Positions 59,601 through 64,000 of a DNA stretch of 64,000 bases are shown here, in pieces. The stretch is from Heptranchias perlo (Eukaryota), in assembly GCF_035084215.1 (NCBI RefSeq), contig NC_090351.1:33728001-33792000 (forward strand), written 5' to 3'. The translations under genes were made by a program, and so were the position numbers. How positions within the stretch are numbered: the stretch's first letter is position 1; each line of letters starts with the position of its first letter. Under the pieces are notes generated by a model. The model did not search any database, was not told where the DNA came from, and worked only from the letters and a program-made list of their open reading frames with translations.

Positions 59601-62600
59601 TTGGGTGAAGGAAGAACATTGTAGATCCAGTTTATCAGATTCAGAGATCGTTAAATCTTCAGACGTGGCCTTTTTATACCATGTGTACTGAATGGGAAGG
59701 GACCCTTGGACAGACTCACAGGAGACTGACACTGAGCCCCCAAAACATGAGGCACTTGATGGTGATAAAAATCGAAGTACAGGAACAGACACAGATTCTG
59801 TGGGAAAGAAACAAACATTCAGACACTGACTGACTCTGCTTCTTGCACTGGATCCAAACTATCCCTGATCTTTAATGGGATGAGAGAGATCAAATAGCCT
59901 TCAAAAGCACCTGAAAGAAGAGGAACAATTGTGCAAGTTTTTGCTTTTTTTGAAAAACAGCAGCATAATTGATCCAGATGGAAATAATCTTCTCATCATT
60001 TTTGCTTTGATGAAAACCATCATGAATTTGCCAGGTTGGAGCAGTCTATGGGGTAGAAATTGGGATGTGTTTTGTTCCAATTCCGGGCGTAAAATGGTGC
60101 AACGTATACCAATTGCTGGGCGTGAAGTCCTGTGCCTGATTTGCATTGGGGCATGCCCACTGCCCTATTGGTTGACACTATTTTTAGGCGTCCCTAGTGG
60201 TCGCCTGAAAGCAGCGTTGCATTAATTTAAATATGCAAATAAGGGTCCTGGGCATGTTTTAGGAACCTTCTGCAAAATTTTTGAGAAACTAGGCGGAGCA
60301 TACACCGTGAATGTTCTGACGAGCTTACCCAGCTCTACAGCGGCCTAACCAGAGTTCCTTAAAGAGACCCGTGGAGATCACTGAAGAATCGCGACTGCGC
60401 TCGGTCCCCCATCGTTTTCCACCGGTGTCCAAGCAGGACGTTCCTGAGGGCCGCTGGTGAATAGACAGCAGGCTCAAATTTGATCCCCAATGTTGGAAGT
60501 AGCCAGCAGCTCGCCTCTATTATCAAAATGAGGCCAATTTCAGATGAGCCTCAGGCCTCTGGCTTCTTGGGGCGCGCTTTCAGCCTGTCGCTTATTTTGG
60601 GTCCAGAAATGAGCCCAAAAGAATTTCCAACCCTATTGTTTTCAGGTGGGGGTTTGGTCGAATGTTGAATGCATTTCCAGGAATGGCCTGGCCCAGGTCC
60701 ACTTTGTACCAGAACTCCCTAATATGGGAATTCTGCAACCAACATCGAAAAATCAAATGCTTTCCAATTTTCATTTTACTTCTGAGACAAAACCAGAATA
60801 AGCTTTCCTGTAACTCAGCCAGGCCCTGCCATTTTGGAACCTCACCAGCACATCTACATCTCCATGTCTCTCCATCCTGCGAGCAGCCTGAACTAACATG
60901 TCTAATATCAGAACAGAGCAGGGCTCCAGATCAGGAGAGCAGCAATGATACTGGGGATGTGTCAATTTGAAAATCAGGGCTAACAATTTCTCTCAGTGGT
61001 AGGTTACCAGCCTCCAATGCTGTTTAATTGTTTGACACTCGAACATGAGCTAGTTGGAGAAAGTCTGAGAAACCACAGCAGAATATGAATGCAAAAAACT
61101 GGAGATTTCTACACATGTTCTGTGGCTTTAGACAGGGAGAGTAATTGTGATTGGTTTCAGCGAACTGCAGCTGAAAAGGAACCCTTTATCTCAGTTTTAT
61201 GGGAGTAGCCAAAGCACAAAGGTGACCAGCTTGACACTTTCAATGAGAATTGTCAGGTCTTCAGTGCTGTTGCGGCCACACCCTGTTTTCAGAAACTGAT
61301 TAGGACAAAATTTGCTTTGTGACTGAACAGTCTCTCTTTGAAATGTTACTGCTTGCCGACCTGTCCCTCAGCACTTCCCGACTCACCCACCCAGATCCAT
61401 TGAAAAATCAATAGGAGGTGTAGAGGAGGTAGAAGATTGTATTTAGTATTTGATCCTTCAGGAGGTTTGCTTGGGAGGAAGATAATGGGCCATAATTTGC
61501 TGTGGCAGAGCATCCAACGGTGTCTGCCGTTAGTTAGACTTGCCCTTGCTCGTTTAGGTTTCAAATTGTTTGCGGGTAAGTTACTGAAAGTGCGAGTTGA
61601 TAACATCGCAGCGAGGGAAACAGGGCATCTGGGACCTGAGTGGACAGAGCAAGAAACCGTGTATCTCCTTCACCAGTCAGATTCAAGGATTTTGAAATAA
61701 TCAATGCAAGGATTGAGAAGGAAGTGTAAATGAGAATGGATTGAATGTCCAATCAGGTACAGAAAGAGAAACAAAGAGAGGGAAAGAAGGATTGGATGAA
61801 GAGAGAGAGAAAAAGGAAATGTACATTTTTAAAATCTCCAAATACAATTAAAACCTGAAGGATTGAAACTCCACACTTGTACGTTTTCAGTGCCAAAGAG
61901 GTTGCTTGGCAGTAAATAACACTTATCACGTTGTTAAAAGGGTACTCAGACTTGAAATGACTTGACTCAACTTACTGTGGAGAGTTTAATTTGCATCTAC
62001 CGTGCAAATACAGCAACTTCATGCCGTTCAATGTATTTCAATGGTGCGGCAGACAGCAAGATGCCCTTTTTGTGAAGCTAAGGGCAGAATGGTGCAACTT
62101 GGACAGCAACTTTTGGATTTCTGTGTTTAACCAGGCATCTGCCCCTCGCCTGAATTTGCTGCACCATTTGCGTGTAAATAATGGCGATCGCCATTAGTCT
62201 CACCGCTATTTTGACAGCAAAATCTGGCCCAACGTGACAACATGAATAAAGAGGCTTCTTTTACCATCAAGAGAGTGATCGAGCTTTTCAATTTTAAGTT
62301 TAGCTCGCTTGTAAAGTTGAACTGTATTGTGCTGACCTAAGTATCTGGTTGATTCTGTATGCCTCCCATCAGATCAGGAAACCTACAAAAATCTGTTACG
62401 CTCTTGTGGATTGATTCCATTTTTAGTGTTTTCTAGGTATTTATCCCATTAAAGACTACTTGCTTCTTACTGCTTTTGTTATTGTCTTTCTATTAGTTTT
62501 TGGCCTGAATGTAAACATCTGACAGTGTGAAACTTGATACAGTTCAGAGACAGGAAGATGTGTTGAGCATCCATGTGAGGTCTGGTGTAATACACTGCAG

Positions 62601-63155
62601 TTAAAGTAACTGTTGGTCCCATAATACGTGAAATTTTTGGTTGGATAGTTGGACAGGCCACGAATTGCGTGTGAGCAACACGAGTCGTATTTCCAGACCT
62701 CTGCCCACTTCCTGGAAGACTCTGCACTGCTGCGGAGCCTCGGAAAATCAGTGCTGTATTTTTCTTCCCAGATGAAACATTGAACAGACATTTTAGTCGT
62801 GTATAATAAAGTATATCACTGAGAAAAGTACCGTAAGATATTTGTAGTCGTAAGTTAAACCTTGGATCGATGCCAGATTGTTCAATACCACAGCTGTACC
62901 ATCCTGTATCTCCCGAGCGAAGAGCCTTCATAGTAACAACGAATATTCCTTCTCTCTTGTTATCTGTGATTGACATTCTTCCTCGCTGTCCATCTTGCTC
63001 ACTTGTTTTTACTAAAACTGAACAACTACTAGTCCAGCCATGACACCAGTATTTCACATATGACCAGTACGTATGTTTGTCATAGTGACAGTCTATTGTG
63101 ATCGCTCTTCCCACAACTCCATTTACATTTTTTTTTGCCCACAATGCACCTGAAA
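56662..63155 (-). CDS. Gene C (5'-partial): second activating-type copy; exons 62832-63155, 59474-59797, 58564-58687, 57615-57705, terminal 57017-57085 or 56662-56709
   Basis: Offset 16926 from gene B; V and C2 translations identical to gene B; leader exon expected ~1.3 kb beyond the window end. Confidence 0.8.
57615..57705 (-). CDS. Gene C Arg-containing TM exon
   Basis: Matches 40689-40779. Confidence 0.87.
59474..59797 (-). CDS. Gene C C2-type Ig exon
   Basis: Same protein as gene B C2 exon. Confidence 0.9.
62832..63155 (-). CDS. Gene C V-set Ig exon
   Basis: Same protein as gene B V exon; splice sites intact. Confidence 0.92.
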
Positions 63156-64000
63156 CTGAGAAGACAGCACTTCAGAAATTGAACAGGAAGTAACTGCTAA
63201 ATACAAACAGATACATTTTTATAAGAACTTCCACTGTGTACAGAAGAATCTCTCCACTACGTCCATTAATACAGTTGAATTCCTTGTAGTTTGTGATGAA
63301 AGAAAGAACATTAATTTCGTGCCTTATCACATCCTCACGATGTCCTAAAGCACTTCCCAGCCAGTGAATTACTTTTGAAGTGTCGTCACTATCTTTGAAC
63401 AAGAACAGCAACAACAGCTTGCATTTATATAGCACCGATAACATAGAAACTCAAGCTAAGACATAATCAAAATTAAATGGATACTGAGATAAGGCAGGAG
63501 ATATTAGGAGAGGTGTGTAACAGCCTGGTCAAAGAGGTGGGTTTTAAGGAGGGTCTTAAAGGAGGAGAGGTGGAGGATTTCATACAGGGAATTTCACAAT
63601 GTGGTGCCAAGTTGGTTGAAGGCAAACCCATTCCCACTAATGGTGGGGCAAAGGTAGGGATCGATGCACAAAAGATCACAGTCAGCGGAAGGGAGATTTC
63701 GTGAGGGAGTTGGTGAGTAGGGCTGAAGGAGGTTACTCAAATAGTGAGGGGCCATTTCATGAAGGAATTTAAACACAAGGATGAAAGTTTGAAGTTTTGA
63801 GAGACCGAAAGCCAATGTAGGTCAGCAAGGACAGGGGTGATAGATGAGCGGGACCTGATAGCAGAATTTTGGATGCGTTGATGTTTATGGTGGGTGCAAG
63901 AGGGGAGGCAGGCCAGGAGAACATTGGAATAGTTCAATCTGGAGGCAACAAAGACATGGATGTGGGTTTCAGCAGCAGACGGGTGGAAGTAGGCAGACTT

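Larger units (their letters stand above)
24520..64000. repeat. Tandem segmental duplication, unit ~16.8-16.9 kb (A ~24520-41300, B ~41300-58225, C ~58225->64000)
   Basis: ORF track and sequence recur at offsets ~16778-16783 and 16926, including the intronic and intergenic transposons. Confidence 0.97.

Overview
Repeat-rich vertebrate DNA, most likely from a shark or other elasmobranch judging by the repeat families (CR1/L2 LINEs, Deu-domain SINEs, PIF/Harbinger derivatives, Penelope-type termini). Its main content is a head-to-tail, minus-strand cluster of CD300/pIgR-like (CMRF35-like, MDIR-like) Ig-superfamily receptors on a ~16.8-16.9 kb tandem duplication unit. I assembled the exons by hand from splice sites and phases: leader, V-set Ig, C2-type Ig, Ser/Thr stalk, TM, tail. 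Gene A (16388-31574) is inhibitory-type, with an uncharged TM and three canonical ITIMs. Gene B (~39736-48354) and gene C (~56662->64000, leader exon outside the window) are activating-type, with an Arg in the TM and short Tyr-free tails. Genes A and B have essentially identical leaders and promoters and near-identical ectodomains, with substitutions concentrated at non-synonymous sites, i.e. a paired-receptor system. In all three genes, read-through of the stalk-exon donor gives a short hydrophobic C-terminus, a stop and an immediate AATAAA, suggesting a third, GPI-anchored or decoy isoform. The first ~16 kb is almost entirely transposon-derived. It holds compact LINEs with tRNA-like 5' heads and no visible ORF1, a nested CR1, a minimal hammerhead-like motif, and a 1.7-kb G/C-skewed minisatellite abutting the gene A stop codon. 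Gene models are predictions from sequence only.
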